A stretch of DNA of 64,000 nt from the NCBI GenBank assembly GCA_002633005.1, contig NMRA01000013.1, forward strand, positions 1,091,001 through 1,155,000, given 5' to 3'. This document shows, in pieces, positions 36,701 through 50,328 of the stretch. The notes under the pieces are model-generated. The model saw nothing but the letters and a program-made list of their open reading frames with translations. It was not told where the DNA came from and did not search any database. Within the stretch, counting starts at the first letter, position 1. Every line of letters begins with the position of its first letter. Position numbers and translations under genes: made by a program. The DNA comes from Phoronis australis. Taxonomy: Eukaryota; Animalia; Phoronida.

Positions 36701-37678
36701 ACTACAGGACGTATGACGAAGGAAACGTTGCATGGCACCACTCAGCAAATGGTGTTTTTAAGTGCTTGATCAGACATTCAAAACTATTCGTATGGTAAAG
36801 TTTGTTCAAGTTACAATGACAAGATAGGGCAGAACGTTAAAAATTTATTTTGTCAAAAATTTCAACAAGAGTAAGCAAGAAGACAAATTTACTTGGTTAT
36901 TTGAAAACTTTATTTACTACGGCCGTCATCATCAAACACACGACGAAATTCTGACCCCTTCTAGCAATACCGTGAGCATTCGAAAAATGAAAAAATGACA
37001 GTTTTGGCCATTTTATGTTCGAACTTGAGGAAACGTTACCGTAAATATTATGAACATAGTTCGCCAATCGATTCTTTCATAGTGAAGAGCACGCGCACAT
37101 CCTTTTGCTTTGATGGCATATTGTAGACCAACAGAGGTTAGTTAATACTTATACCTACATGCCATTGTCTGGTTATCCGAATATTCCGCTAAATATATTT
37201 CAACTGTTTGGGCAAAACAAGCACATTAACTAACTCTTGCTTCAATATTTACTTTAATCGTGTCATGTGGAGGAATTCTTACGTCTATTGTAGTACAAAA
37301 TCAATTTCAATCACAGCACGAGTTCCATCTGTTTTCGTCAGAGATTTTCAACATATTGATTAGAAAACACTCCATGACGCATTTCAATATTTTTCTGTCG
37401 GTCGAGTTCGGATACTATGAGACGATACGTGGGATTTTGTTTGGTTAGGTCTAATTTAAAGACGTACATGTTGACTCACTTTCATTATTTTTTACTTAAT
37501 AGGTATATTTAATCCAACAAAATTTTACCTGAATGGTCGCGAGTTACGTACCTTTTTGACGATACCGTAAATTGTTAAATCAAGCATACATCGAGGAAAA
37601 GAAACAGTAAATACATAGAGGCTGAGGTTGGCCAGCAGTGAAATATATCAAATCAAATAAACACAGAAAAATCAGAAA

Positions 37679-37746
37679 CTGGGAATCGAACCACAGGTCT
37701 GTAAATTGCCGGTATAGTGCTCTTACCACTGAACTACTGAGGACCC
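37679..37746 (-). mobile_element. tRNA-like (SINE-type) head
   Basis: Reverse complement gggtcctcagtagttcagtggtaagagc...tgtggttcgattcccag. Good box A and B, but the acceptor stem is not complementary. Confidence 0.6.
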
Positions 37747-40700
37747 GATAGCTCTGCTGTGATAGAAGTGATACAGAGTCAACTGCGCTTCTAATTAAGC
37801 CAAGGAAAGTGTTAAAATTTGTCATATCTCGGAACATCATATAACTGTCACAAAAAGTTGACTCGCAGAAAATGACATAATCGGCGACACTGAGTCACGC
37901 AAGGGTGAACAGACTTACCGGAAATCGAATTAATCCCCGAGTCAGCCAACAATTCAACAGTTGTTCCGAGCTTTTTCATAACAAACGCTACCAGTGTCTT
38001 ACGTGAATTTGTTTTTGCATTTGTTTTTACATTAATCTGTGAGTCCAATGGCTCTCGACTTGCCGCGCTACTACTGAAACCACGTGACCTCCAGGTACCA
38101 TTTACTTTCTCAATTTGCCCGGCTTTTAATTTTCGATGACTAGAAACGTAGTACTCAAGTAGTTGCTCCCCCAAACATTCACGGTTTGACAGCTAAAATT
38201 ACAAGGTTGCCAGGTTTTCAAAGCGGATTTCAACATTTAAGCAAGAAGCAAGTTTTGTATTCAAGGTAGTTCAAAAAGCATCCTGTTTCATAAATCATCC
38301 CAAGTGTGGAGTTTACAAAATTTGTCTTTAAGTTTCAGGCTGTGTTAACATTACACACTAGACTACACTTTAAGCAGCAGTGTCTAAAAATTGTCGAGGC
38401 TTATTTCTGTATGCCACTGATTCTGCAGTCGAGATTTCAGCCGAAACAACAGAGAGACAGTTGAACTTAGTGCGCCAAATTTCAAGAGACTAGAGGTAAC
38501 CCAAATACCTATAGAGGTCACAGTCTCTACCGCTTTCACCATAAACTCCCTTGCGCGAACGGCTAGGAGAATCCTTGACAAACATAAAATCACCGTCTCC
38601 CAGAAGAAGTTTGCATTCTGAGGTCAGTTGTTACAAGGGTCTCCAGATGGACTATCGATTGTTCCCTAACAAAATACAAACACAAATTGTGCGTAGGCAG
38701 ACTGAACGCAATAAAACAAGAACACTTGGCACTATGTTGGGGTATCAGTCAGGACATGATTGAAAATGACCCTGGCTTGATGGATGCGAAGAGGAAAGGG
38801 TCAACGACAACTATCTCCACAGAGGAGAGTTTTGGATGAAAGAGGTCGACCTCTGTGACTTAGACCTTCATTGGCAACTGCTTAACTCATATAGTTTCGT
38901 GAAATTCGGCCACCCGGCAAATGCTCAATTGTCCTTGTATTAGCCAGGGCAGTATTTACCGTATTATTGTGTACGCACGTGGGTCGTAGGCAAAATGCAA
39001 AAAATAAAACATTAGTTTTTAATTGTACGGTAAAAGGCAAAAACGGCACTTGATAATAAAGTTACGCCATCATTGCGTGAATATTACGGGACGACAAGGA
39101 AACACTGAGATTATTCATGAAGTTATCTTTTATCGGGCCCTCGGATATTGACTTCGCTGCATTGTCACCCGATGGCCGGTAGTGGTGAATCGTGACAGTA
39201 ATGGTTTGCGGTTGTAATGGAATTAAAGCTTAAAGTGCTTAAAATCGCCAATTTCAAATCAAAAACACACAAAAAAATCACCAGTCGACCAACTGCCAAT
39301 TAGAACCCCTTTAAATATTATCTGACGATATTTTAGTTACCTTTTCTCGAGTTATGAACATTTATCGGTCGATACCTACTACCTATAATCGGGACAACCA
39401 AACACAGCACTAGTCATCTTCCAATGTGTATAGCGTGAGAAGTCGTCAGAAGTCGCTGCTCGATTTCCCGGGGTTTATGGTATAATAAGGAATGGCGACG
39501 CGTTGCGTTGGTAGTGGTTGTGACAACTTATTATTTGACCATGCTGTGACTCCTTTCACTTTCCCTCAGGACATGGGTGAAGCCTGATATGGCGTTAGTA
39601 TTATGAAACACGCTCGTTAGTGGATATGGCACACTGGTGCTGGGTACGTTCATACGTCGCACCCATGTCCGTGGAGATAAGAAACTTTAATTGAGATCGC
39701 TTTTGTTCTATTTCTCGTTTTTGGGAAATTGAATTCACGATTGTAATATGCAGTCCTAGAAAGGAAAGTTTAATGACGCAGACTGTGTAACCATTGTCAA
39801 ATCAATATAAATGATGTTCTTTAAAACCACTTTTTAAAAGCACTTCATCTAGCGTCAAGAAATCTCCACAGGTTCTTGACTGATATTTAGTCCTCTGCTT
39901 CGACGGAGCTAGTAAGTTCAACATACTGTGAGAAAGCATGGTGAAATATTACGTTGGGCTTCTCTAACGTTGGGCTTACAGCAGCATCTGAATTGAAATG
40001 GTTAAATCTTCATTTCCTTAGCTGTCGAAACACGAAATATGAATCAAGCCACTTGATAAAATTGGTTTCATGACATTCCTTAAGGTGGCAGCACTTGATT
40101 TCTGTTTCCAACGAAACCGTAAGCGACTCGAGAAAACGCTTCGAAGTCCATTAACCAAAGGCGTATTAGCCGGGAGGCTCGGGGGCAATTGCACCCCTCC
40201 CAGATTCAAGCAAATGTTAGGGAATTTTCGCGAAAAACTAGAAAAAAATCCGGGCAATGGAACATCCAATGGAAAACACAGATAATACATACAACTAAGA
40301 AGGGGTAAGTCGGCGGTGACCAGGAGGTAAAACCGGCGACAAGGCTGAAAGGTGGAGGCCGAAGCTGATACCGCCCTACGTCTAGATTTAGACAAAACTG
40401 TCATATGCTCCTCGAACACCCAAGTGCAGATACGTATATGACATGACCAATCTTAAAATCGCCAATTAAAAATGGTGCATGTAAGCACTGCCTGTGAGTT
40501 GAATTGTCGTCTCATTCAGCAATAATTTAAGATCATATGAGCGTCAGTGGTAATATTTCTAAAGCCCAAAGCGCTTCGGTTAGGAATTCAACATTGACAG
40601 CAAAGAGTGGGTGTCGTAAAAAACTTCATGCTGTGTATTAGAAATCGCTATCACCAGCTGCACGTTACGTATACGCAGTCTATAGAAAAAAAATTATAAT

Positions 40701-42964
40701 CAAACAGAAACAAAATATTTGAGCGAACAGACATAGCATCAGATGACACTCGAAATTCACATTTTGCCAATACGATTAGTGAAATCTAGTGTGAGTAGTT
40801 GACAATTCCTATAATTGTTGTTGAGTTGACGCCATGTCCACAGAACATGTAGCACATAATTCTGTGTAAAGATGTAAAACCACGCTTTGTTGTTGAAAAT
40901 TTGAGTCTTTTTAAGTCGCAATGAGGTCGCAATGCTAAAGTTACATGCGCACTATAGGTCTCTATCACACCGTCATTTTCATAGACGTGGATTGCACAGG
41001 TACAATTGACTCCATACATTGCGCGAAAGACCCGTTTACAAGATCATGATTTGCGCCCAGGTGCACTAAAATTTGCATTCAAATCAGAATTTGAGCCTTG
41101 GTATGAAGATGAAGTCCCTACGTGTTTACATTGCTGATAACTAAATCAAAAAATGCATACCTGAGGTCATTTTTGAAGGATGAGAAACCAATGCATTCAG
41201 CAACTGATCTTCCAACAGATCTTAATTAAGACTTTTGATCTTTCGAACAATCGCGACGTGTGAAAGGAATATCAGCTCTGTACATGGCCAAATTTCTTAT
41301 GAAAAAAAAAATAAAACTCATCTTCAGTTAGTCAAAAAGGCGAGTGAGGTGCAGCAGCGTAAGAATTGCAAAAAACATTGTGTGTCCTCCACATTAGGAT
41401 GACTTGGTTACAATATATTATCAGTAGGCCTACTTGTCGACATTTTTAAAAGCGTACAAAGCATACGCATTTTGAAGATTCCTCACTTAAAAAGCGTATT
41501 TCCGAAAACTGTTGATATTCTGTTGGTTGCAGTTTAGGGTCTACCGTCCAGGGAGTAGGGTTTGTTCCAGTTTGCATTCCGTGCCTCTCCTATTGGTCAG
41601 TTGAAGAAAGTCATTGGGTTAATGACCAATGAAAACGTGCCAATGAAGCATATTATGGGATATCTGCTCGTGAGAAAAACGTGTGGGGGCGCAGTAATTC
41701 AAGGACGAATATTCCAAGAAATTTCATTGCATTCATAAGTTTCTAGAATACATGTAACCTCTTTGCATGTGATTTTAATTTACAACATAAAGCTCTAGCA
41801 ACGGAATGCCACCTTCGATCACGCGCGGCGGAGGTTGCACTGCGCATTCGTGGCAGATGTTTGCATTCGTTTGTTCTGGTGCTGTTTGTTGCTATGGAAT
41901 GTAGGGCTCAGGGTTGAATTTTTGTTTAGTCCAAACGAAGTAAGTTTAGAAACATGATCATCGAAAACTTCTTCCGAACATATTTTGTGATGTAGTTGCA
42001 CGCTACAAACATTGTCAAACGGAGAACCGTCTGCTTGCAAATCGGCGAATCGGGAAGTTGGCTGTGTGCTTCCGTTGCTTAGATGCTAGGTGTAACTTAG
42101 AGCCACCTAGACGTATTGCTATAATTTCCAAAGTTTACAGTTGCCTTGTAATATGATCAATTATTGGTCGTTAAGTATTCTGTACGCTTCATTTTTAAAA
42201 GTCAAATATAGTATATTAACATTTTGTTTGTTTTGTGACTTAAATGAGTTAATCATTGACTGGATTTTTGGAAAAAATAATTTGTGGCTGCACAAGCGGA
42301 TTTAGTCCCCCCCCCTTGGTTGCCGCAAAAAATAAAACAGCAAGAGCGTAGGGAAATATTGAGTTTATTAATTAACCCCGGTAATTAACATTATACGGTT
42401 GAAACAAGAATTAAGTGTGTGCAGTTTTAGTGTTTTTTTTGGGGGGAGGGGGGGGGGTTCAGATCCAATTTCAAGTGTCAAATTCGGAACACGGCGCAAT
42501 CGTAACGGAACTATGGTTATGTACAGGCTCTCCCGCGATATCCCAGGCGACCGGCAGTGGCGCTGCGCAATACGACTCTGTTTCCGTCGTCTGCTTCACT
42601 GTGCAAAGAAGAAAATTACTTCATTTTTTTAAAGAAAATGGAATCTGAGTGACGATGAAAAAACAGTAGCTGCTGGTAAGATGTGAATTTTAATCGAAGC
42701 CTTAATGAATCACTCAGAAACTCATAATTCTCTCTTTGTCAAACCTTAACTTAAGACGATTTCCAAAGCAATCGCGTCATTAATGCCAACACAAAAAAAG
42801 GATTTGGTCTTTTGGGCAATTGAAGACTATTTTAAATTCAACAAATTTGTTACGAACTGGTTGCACAAAGTATAAAAAGTGTAATAAGCATTACAAAAAG
42901 AAGTAGGTTTCGCGTGCAAACGCTGTGGACCATAAACAAGTAGGTCTCTTAGTATCATATTAAG

Positions 42965-43035
42965 AGTGGAATCGTGGTGGTGCAGTGGTAAAGCACGCGC
43001 GCTCTATCCTCTGGTCGTTAGTTCGAGTCTGTGGT
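42965..43035 (+). mobile_element. tRNA-like (SINE-type) head
   Basis: gtggtggtgcagtggtaaag...tagttcgagtc, the same 5' motif as 2601-2632 and 3202-3270. Confidence 0.55.
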
Positions 43036-46000
43036 AATTGCAGTTTTTCAAGTTCGACACGTTTTCCGTTTTTTTCTTGTATAATACTTTAGGAATCAAG
43101 GAAAATGCTTGATTTTTAGAGGAAAAACAGAAAAATCCCAAAAAGTTGTTACGCCTATGTACTGCGTGCCTTTACTGGAGAGATCAGTTAATGTTAGAAA
43201 TACTGCACATGCATTGCCAGGCTTTTCGCAAACAAGAGTGTGTGTAAGTTGACAGTAAAGTTTCTAAAATAAAAGAACGATTGAAGACAACACCAACTCT
43301 GCCGACTCCATCATCCTTGGAGTCCTCTCATAACTTCGCAACAACGTGCACTGTTGCTTTGGCACACGATTGTTTTACATGTACTCTCGTACTCTGCCTT
43401 GCTTTCATTAAGGAAAGCGTTGGAAGCGCATCGCTAACTTTCGCTATTGAATGACGTGCTCGACGAAAGCGTTTTGAATTTTAGCGAGCACATTTCAAGG
43501 TTCACGCCAACAAAATGGATGACGAGTAAGTGTTTGTTTCAGTTTTCATACTTTTATTGGGATTTTATAGATTCGTAAATAATTAAAGTATTGCCGTGTC
43601 AGTCCATTGTAACTTTAACAACTACTTTTCATCCACTGTGCGCGCGCGATCGACATGTGACTGCTCACGATCAACACGCTTACGCGAAATTTTCAAGAGC
43701 TTTTTCCCCTGCCATAAAACTGACACAAGTGTAAGATTTTGCATTTCATAGTATTATTTGTCATTCGCCGTGTTGAATTGGTGAGAAGCGCTCGCAGGAA
43801 ACAGGTCCGGTCGAAGATCCGGAAATAACTGTACCTTATGTGTAAATGTGTCTTCGTTCTCTTCATGTTCGCAATGAACATTACTGAGTTATTACACCGT
43901 GCTCCAACACAAGAGCGTGCGTTGTTCTGAAATTATGAGAAGACTCTGAAGAAGTTAAAATCGGAAGAAGTCGATGTCGACTTCAACCGTACTTCCATGA
44001 AATATGTTTTGAAACTTTTAAACTAAAAAGATCAAAAGTAAAATGAATATTACATAAAAAAGCAAAGAAATCGTACATACGTTCTGTTACGACACTTGTA
44101 AATCCCAAAACTACCGTCGTATTCTCCAGACTTCAATATCCTTTCTTCTTGACCATTGGTTGATCATCTGCGCCGAAAACACAGTATAGTACTGCTACCG
44201 AACTCGAGAGAATGTCGGTGTTATGAAGAGGTACAACAATAGGCAACGTGTTTCCTTGGTAAATTACACTTGACCGATAGCTTATGTTAATGAAAGCAAA
44301 CGCGAGGGTAAGAGTGTTGACACAAACGCAGATGGCAAAATTTCCCAGGAACGATTTACATAACCACGAACTTTGTTTAACAGACAACATTTAAGTTTGA
44401 TATCTATTCGCCACTCTTCTGGTGATGTTTCCGTCGAGGGTCGTCATAAGTCGGAACATAGGTATTACTGCAACTTGCTTTCGCGAGATCCGTTTCAGAT
44501 CATCGCGGGGGGGGGGGCTACTTAATTCGGGGGATTTTATCTACAGCACTGCTTGACTCAGTAGCCAGAAACTAGACGGGTCCGTTCTATTCTGGATCAT
44601 GATTGAAAGTAAAAATGACGTCGAGTAATTTAACAATGAAGGCTAGTCTCTCCTCAAAAGGACACAACGTCTCAATAATCCTGTTGATGCCCGACATGTG
44701 ACGGCAACTTCTATTTTACGAGCTCAGTCTCCCTTTAGACAGCGCTGGTGTTAAATGATTCAAAACGTGTCTTGCAGATACTTATAGGCAGAAAGCTAGC
44801 TGTGGTGAAGAATAATGTCAAAAAAATACAGCTAGCCGTGAACCGCTGTGATTGACCTCGACATTTCCCACCTGACCGCGTCGATCGTTCTGCGCGTCAC
44901 CTAGTGGCGAAACTTTATTTTTCCTTGCACCAGCCAAGGGAGGGGGGGGGGCGGCCCCCTGCCCCCCTAAATCCGACTATGTAAAATGATGCATTGTGGA
45001 AAGAGTAGCAACTAGAGTTTTTTGTATTCGTTATAGCCTTTTCTAAACGCGAAAGTAACGATACGTTCCTTCGCAGCGCTATTTGAGGTGGTACCCCAAG
45101 CATTATGTATACCGGGTAATGTAAAAAAAAACGACACCTACCAGGCGAGTCAACTCACGTAACTTTTCTAAATAAGGAAGACAATACTGCTAGGAACTTG
45201 ATTATATTATCGACTTGAACAAAGCAGACTGCACGCTGGCGGCCGGAACGAGGCTACAACACAGTTGTCGTTTCTCAAATACACTATGGAAATAATATGT
45301 TCTGCTTGAGCACAACAGAATCAAAATCACAGGTCCACTGCAACATGCTGTTTGGTTCGAGAACAATAAAGCAACCACCATAGAAAAAATAAAATGTTGA
45401 AAGCCAGCACATTTTACGTGTAAAAGATTCACGTGGCACGCGCCATCCGATCGCGCTGTAGTTAAATCTGACCACTCAATTGCAAATCAGATTACATGCC
45501 CACTACAAGTTATCTATGATGTCACCGGATGTTTACAAGCTAACAACCGTCCCACAATGCATTTTACAGCAGCGTCGTAAATGAAATCCCCGAATTGAAT
45601 ATATTCCGTATATTAGGTTTCAAAACTCGCAAATTTCAGGTCTTGTGTGTAGGAAACTTGATCGAATCATTTGTTTTTTTTGGCAAAAATTGTACGTCAC
45701 ATGACCAGAGGTCCGTCTTCTTCGAATTCTTGGACTTCACGTTCCGATGTTTCAGCCAGGGTAGACAATCATCCACTGCCATGGCCCACGTGGGCGCTCT
45801 CGTTAATAGAGACCTCTTGCTTTTATCATAATTTTTCTTAGCACTTTTAGTGCTGTCCTCATTACTGTGAGTCAGTTCTTACAAACTCTGCAACTTTTCT
45901 CTGCAACAGTGGCTGTTGGCGACTTCGTGACACAAGGCAACACAAAGGACACGGTCTGCTCCCCTATTCGTGCTATTTGTGATAACGATTAATTTACTAA

Positions 46001-47151
46001 TGTATTTGTTCGTTATACTTCAAAATTCATCGTTTGAAAAGTTCATAACAAGTTGAAATTTATGCTATAACATACACACGAAAGCGTAGTCTCGTTTGAA
46101 ACGTCTTTTACACCGTTTCCTGCACCTTAAATTCAGTGTGGAGTAGGTAAAATTACTTTTAGGTCAGTAAAGACACCTACATGTATTAATGTTCCTAAAA
46201 TTATAGCCGAATAATGACATCCATAACCGAATACATTTTTAAATTAGTTTTTGCTAAATTACCGCACGTGTCCGTGACTGTAGTTGTGAAAAAACATCCA
46301 GGTGTCGCTGGGCGGTTATCCGGATGTGTGACGTCAACAAGTGACTTAAAAGTCACTTCCCGGTTCTGAGCCTGCGTGTTAGATTGACAACTTAAATGCG
46401 CCGCGAGTGTGCGTTGTCGGTCATATTTTCAATCAATAATCACAGGCGCTTGGGTTTATTGCAAATGACGTCACTCAATAATACATATAAGAAAACATAA
46501 AGGTTGGACACTTAAACTTTGCCAAGCCGAGGCTCCCAACTTCAACCGTCCAAAATCCAAATAAAATCTGCGTGCACCTCCCTCAGTCTGGTGTTGCATA
46601 AACCTTCGAAGCCTTATCTTTCCCAAAATCCCATTAACTGTCTTCGTGAGTGGTGAATTGGCGATGGAATTTCCAAAACAATCTCAAAACTCTGAATTCA
46701 AGGACCTGAAATAGTAAACATGGCGGATTTCAGTTGTGCTTCAACTTGTACGCCTGTCGTAGGTGAAACTTCGAGTTTGAGCAAGAAACCTATATTTCAA
46801 ATTCAATAATTCTAATCCAAAACTCAACTAATTGAGAATGTTAAAGTTAGTATTTTAATGATTATTTGTAACTTTATTCCACTGACGGCTCATTTTAGCC
46901 CTTAACCTTAAAGGCGAAGGCAACCTTTTTCCATGTCATTTTTAGCAAAAATAAGGTTCGTTGGTTATCCCAGACATATTTTTCACTTAATTGCAGCTTT
47001 TCGGAATTCAAATAATTACTCGTGCTTTACTCCGGAAGTGACGTTTTGGGAGGCAAGAATTTCGCGCCAATGTCTTTTCATATAGACTAACTGTGAGAGG
47101 TGTCGAGTCGGTTGTTCTACCTCGTTTGCTTTTGTTTACGAGTCAGACAAC

Positions 47152-48165
47152 ATGCCACACTGTTGCTGCGTACCGGGATGTACTCATTATCGTCTCAGGA
47201 GCGCTTTGGGGATACCAGGCTTTGCATCGCTTTCCAAAGGATGACACACTTCGCCGTAGGCCTACTTGGCTCGTTCGTGTGAAGAACACAGCGTTACCCG
47301 TCAGCGCAACGTTCAAAGCAGTTGAGGGTTACCGAGTATGCGGCAAGCATTTTCTGCCGTCAGATTACGAGAGGGATATGTACGCTGAATTGATGAAGGT
47401 CCCTACGAAACAACGCCTGAAGAAGGGTGCGATACCGTAGCTGTTGATTCCCGGCAGTACTCCGTCGCTGTTTGTATCTTACTTTGTCAAATAAAGTAGA
47501 CACTCCATTAACTACGCAATGAAACGACCAGAATTGAACTGAACACTGAACTGATTTATTCTACATATCGCAACAATATATATACACACAACTGCATAAC
47601 AACATATGATGCGTTACCTATGACACACTTCCTATACTAGGAATCGCATGACATAATACCAATTAAACTACTGAGCTCATAAACAATAACAACCTACAAA
47701 CATCCTGTTATTGTGTGACTAAGTACACAACAGTCGCCACACCCGAGAAGTGCGTTTTTGAAGCGAGAAGCCTCTCGAGCTATGGCCACTACAGTGACTG
47801 AAGGCACTTCATCTACTGTCACCCGTGCCTCCGAAGGTACAGAGCGTGCAATTCTGGGAACTAGCAGTGATTCGCCCTGTACGTGCTGTTGTCTCTAACA
47901 CACAGCCTATAAGCAGCCCTGCAGCGATGTTGAGTTGTGGGAGTGAATACAGGCCCAGTTCGACACCCAGTGAAATGGACAGTTCGTCGTCCAACGAACA
48001 GATCTGTGAGCCAAACTTTGATAAGTTTATTGAGAACTTGTCTAAAGTATTTGAGCTATTTAGAAAGTGCCAGATGTGTGGCGAGAGAGTCACACTACGG
48101 GATGTAAGCAGTTTGGGTGCTCAGGTCACCATCCAGTGGGAGTGTGTCACGGGACACTGGGGCAT
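47152..48165 (+). pseudogene. Disrupted THAP-domain / Kolobok transposase N-terminus
   Basis: MPHCCCVPGC [frameshift] LHRFPKDDTLRRRPTW...RVCGKHFLPSDY...LKKGAIP* gives the THAP C2CH, FP, W and AVP-like motifs. After the LTR come RSAFLKREASR and KFIENLSKVFELFRKCQMCG...IQWECVTGH (CxxC...CxxGH). The catalytic core is absent. Confidence 0.85.
47469..47732. mobile_element. Solo LTR (264 bp) with 5-bp TSD
   Basis: gtcgc|tgtttgta ... tacacaaca|gtcgc. Removing it rejoins the frame as LLIPGSTPSPHPRSAFLKRE. Confidence 0.85.
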
Positions 48166-50088
48166 AGTCATAGAGCACACACGGGGCTTCAGCATCCACA
48201 CACTTTTTGTCAGATAGTTGACCCTTTTGACCGCAATTGTCCACGAATATAGTAACCTTTAGATCTTTTGGGAATTTGTGGCCACCTGTCGAAGACTTGC
48301 ACCAGAGAAATTAGCAGTAATAAGGCTTAGCGCGACGACGTATTTTGATAACAATTCCTTCTTTACCAGTTGTTTACGCGCAGACAGCCACGCATGCGCA
48401 ATTCAATCACCACTAGTACAGCAGCGACACCGCGAGGAGAATTCTCCGAATAGCCCCATTGGCTCTAACAACATAGTTTGTCGTAGAAAACTATTCGATG
48501 GAAAGTGGTGACGACAATTTTAGAAAAACAGCCCGAAAACAAAAGTAGTACAGATCCTCACACTAAACTCAACGAAGAGCCAATTTGGCGAGAAAATCTT
48601 GCCTTCCAAAACGTCACTTCCGGAGTAAAGGACGAGTAATTAATTAAATTACAAAAATTTACAATTAAGTGTAAAATATGTCTGGGATAACCAACGAACC
48701 TTATTTTTCCTAAAAATGACATGAAAAAAGGTTGCCTTCGCCTTTAATTTTATTACATAAACTTTCGTATCTTGTTTCTCATCTTGACATCACGCACTTT
48801 TGTGATTGAAGCACAACACACACTTGGCCAGGAAACGCAGTCCGTGCAAGTATTACAATGCGCGTGGCCGACGAGTTAACTCAATGGTTTTGGCCAAAAG
48901 TAAAACCTTCATAAGAAATCACAGTACACAAAAACTTCGCATATCAATACAGTATCAGGATCATTAATATTTGACACAAATATGTGAGTAATTACATTTA
49001 TTTGGCAATAAAGTGCTCTCTGCTTCTCATGATCAAGTAGTCGAGGGATTGACGATGAAAGCCGCGCGAAATTAGACTTTCGGATTTAACTCGAGAGCGT
49101 CCGTCAAAAACCCGGATGTGCGAAGACCGTCTGCCATGACATCACGGAATCGCTTCCTTGAATTTGTGATTTTGGCATTCGTTTGGCATTTTTGTTGCCA
49201 AATCACCACTCGAAGGCAATTTGAAGAGATCGAATGAAAGAAAGTATTCTAAGAGTTGTCTGATGCTAGTTTCGTGGAGTTCCATGCACATTTGAGTAGA
49301 AAATTCTGAGTAAACAGATTTCGAGTGTCCAACCTTTATGTTTTCTTATATGTATTATTGAGTGACGTCATTTGCGATAAACCCAAGCGCCTGTGTCAAT
49401 AATAAGGAACAGACAGACACACTGAAATTGATACGCAACCTTGTTTAGTTATCCTATTACATTTTCGCTATATTCTAGGACGGTGACTGAACTCCGCCGG
49501 CGGTCAGGTTGTTGACTCTACCGTGGAGCGAGTGGTCAGTGAACTATCGCGCGATCGGAGTCAACCAAGATTTTTACATGATTTCCATGTCACAGGCTCG
49601 AAATTAATTGCGTGACCATATTTGACTTGTGGGACTGCAGTTGGGTATACCAATTACAAAGCGTGATACAAATAAAGCATATATAGTGGCACTGCGCGAA
49701 CTTTTCCGATTCGTATTGCTCATTCACTTCTTACCTTCATTTCAAGTGTCCCATTTGACATTCTTTATTTTTTCCCAAAATTTGACTTGAGGGTTTCAAC
49801 GACCCCCAGTTCATGCTCGTAAGCTCGTGGCAAAATTTTGGGGAAACTTTCATCTGACTTAGGTCTGTAAAACGACTTGATCTGACGTCTCAAACTTGAT
49901 GTGTGACTTTCCGATTTTGAGATATCACCATAATTAAGCTAGTCAGTGGTGAATCAAGCACAAAGCTTAAAAGAAACTGCGTGTGCTTCGGCGTATTCGT
50001 TCAAATCAATCGACCTATTCACGGGAACCCCCTGGTGTGAAGTCCGGGTGCTAAGGGATTTGCGTTTCCGCTGTGCCAAAAGTCTTAA

Positions 50089-50328
50089 AGTGTACGCAAC
50101 ATGACTCTAGTTCCTCAAAATAAATTTTATTATTATATCTTACTTGATTTCAGTGCCTTTAGTCCACAGCTCATAAAGAAACACGTAAAAATTGAAAAAA
50201 CTAATAATTATGTACAACGTCATGGGTTGAACCCAAGTCGTTCGGCACACTGTTCGGATCAGCAACTAAGTGTATAGAGTGAAGTGAACGTAAAGTATAT
50301 TTCGCGTCGAGAAGGTTCGTAGAGGGAT
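50089..50328 (+). mobile_element. Left end of a Kolobok element, cut by the assembly gap; same family as 53809-54771
   Basis: ttaa|agtgtacgcaacatgactctag..., colinear with 53809-54049 with scattered substitutions. Confidence 0.85.

Larger units (their letters stand above)
46912..48743 (+). mobile_element. Internally deleted Kolobok transposon nested in 46441-49395
   Basis: ttaa|aggcgaaggcaacc ... ggttgccttcgcct|ttaa, with inverted similarity extending ~158 bp. Contains THAP and transposase N-terminal remnants. Confidence 0.9.
46441..49395. mobile_element. Non-autonomous DNA transposon with 72-bp TIR, 8-bp TSD and CA...TG ends (P- or hAT-like)
   Basis: tcaataat|cacaggcgcttgggtttat...ggttggacact (46441-46512) mirrored at 49324-49395|tcaataat with 1 mismatch. 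Confidence 0.92.

Noticed and set aside
38400-38760. Second Penelope-like remnant (ARRILDKHKITV)
   Set aside because: Only one short motif is recognisable, too decayed to support a call.
49735-49864. Minus-strand exon-like segment (ttttacag ... AAG|gtaag)
   Set aside because: Stops in all three frames and nothing links it to the sGC transcript. Such splice-like pairs arise by chance in 64 kb.
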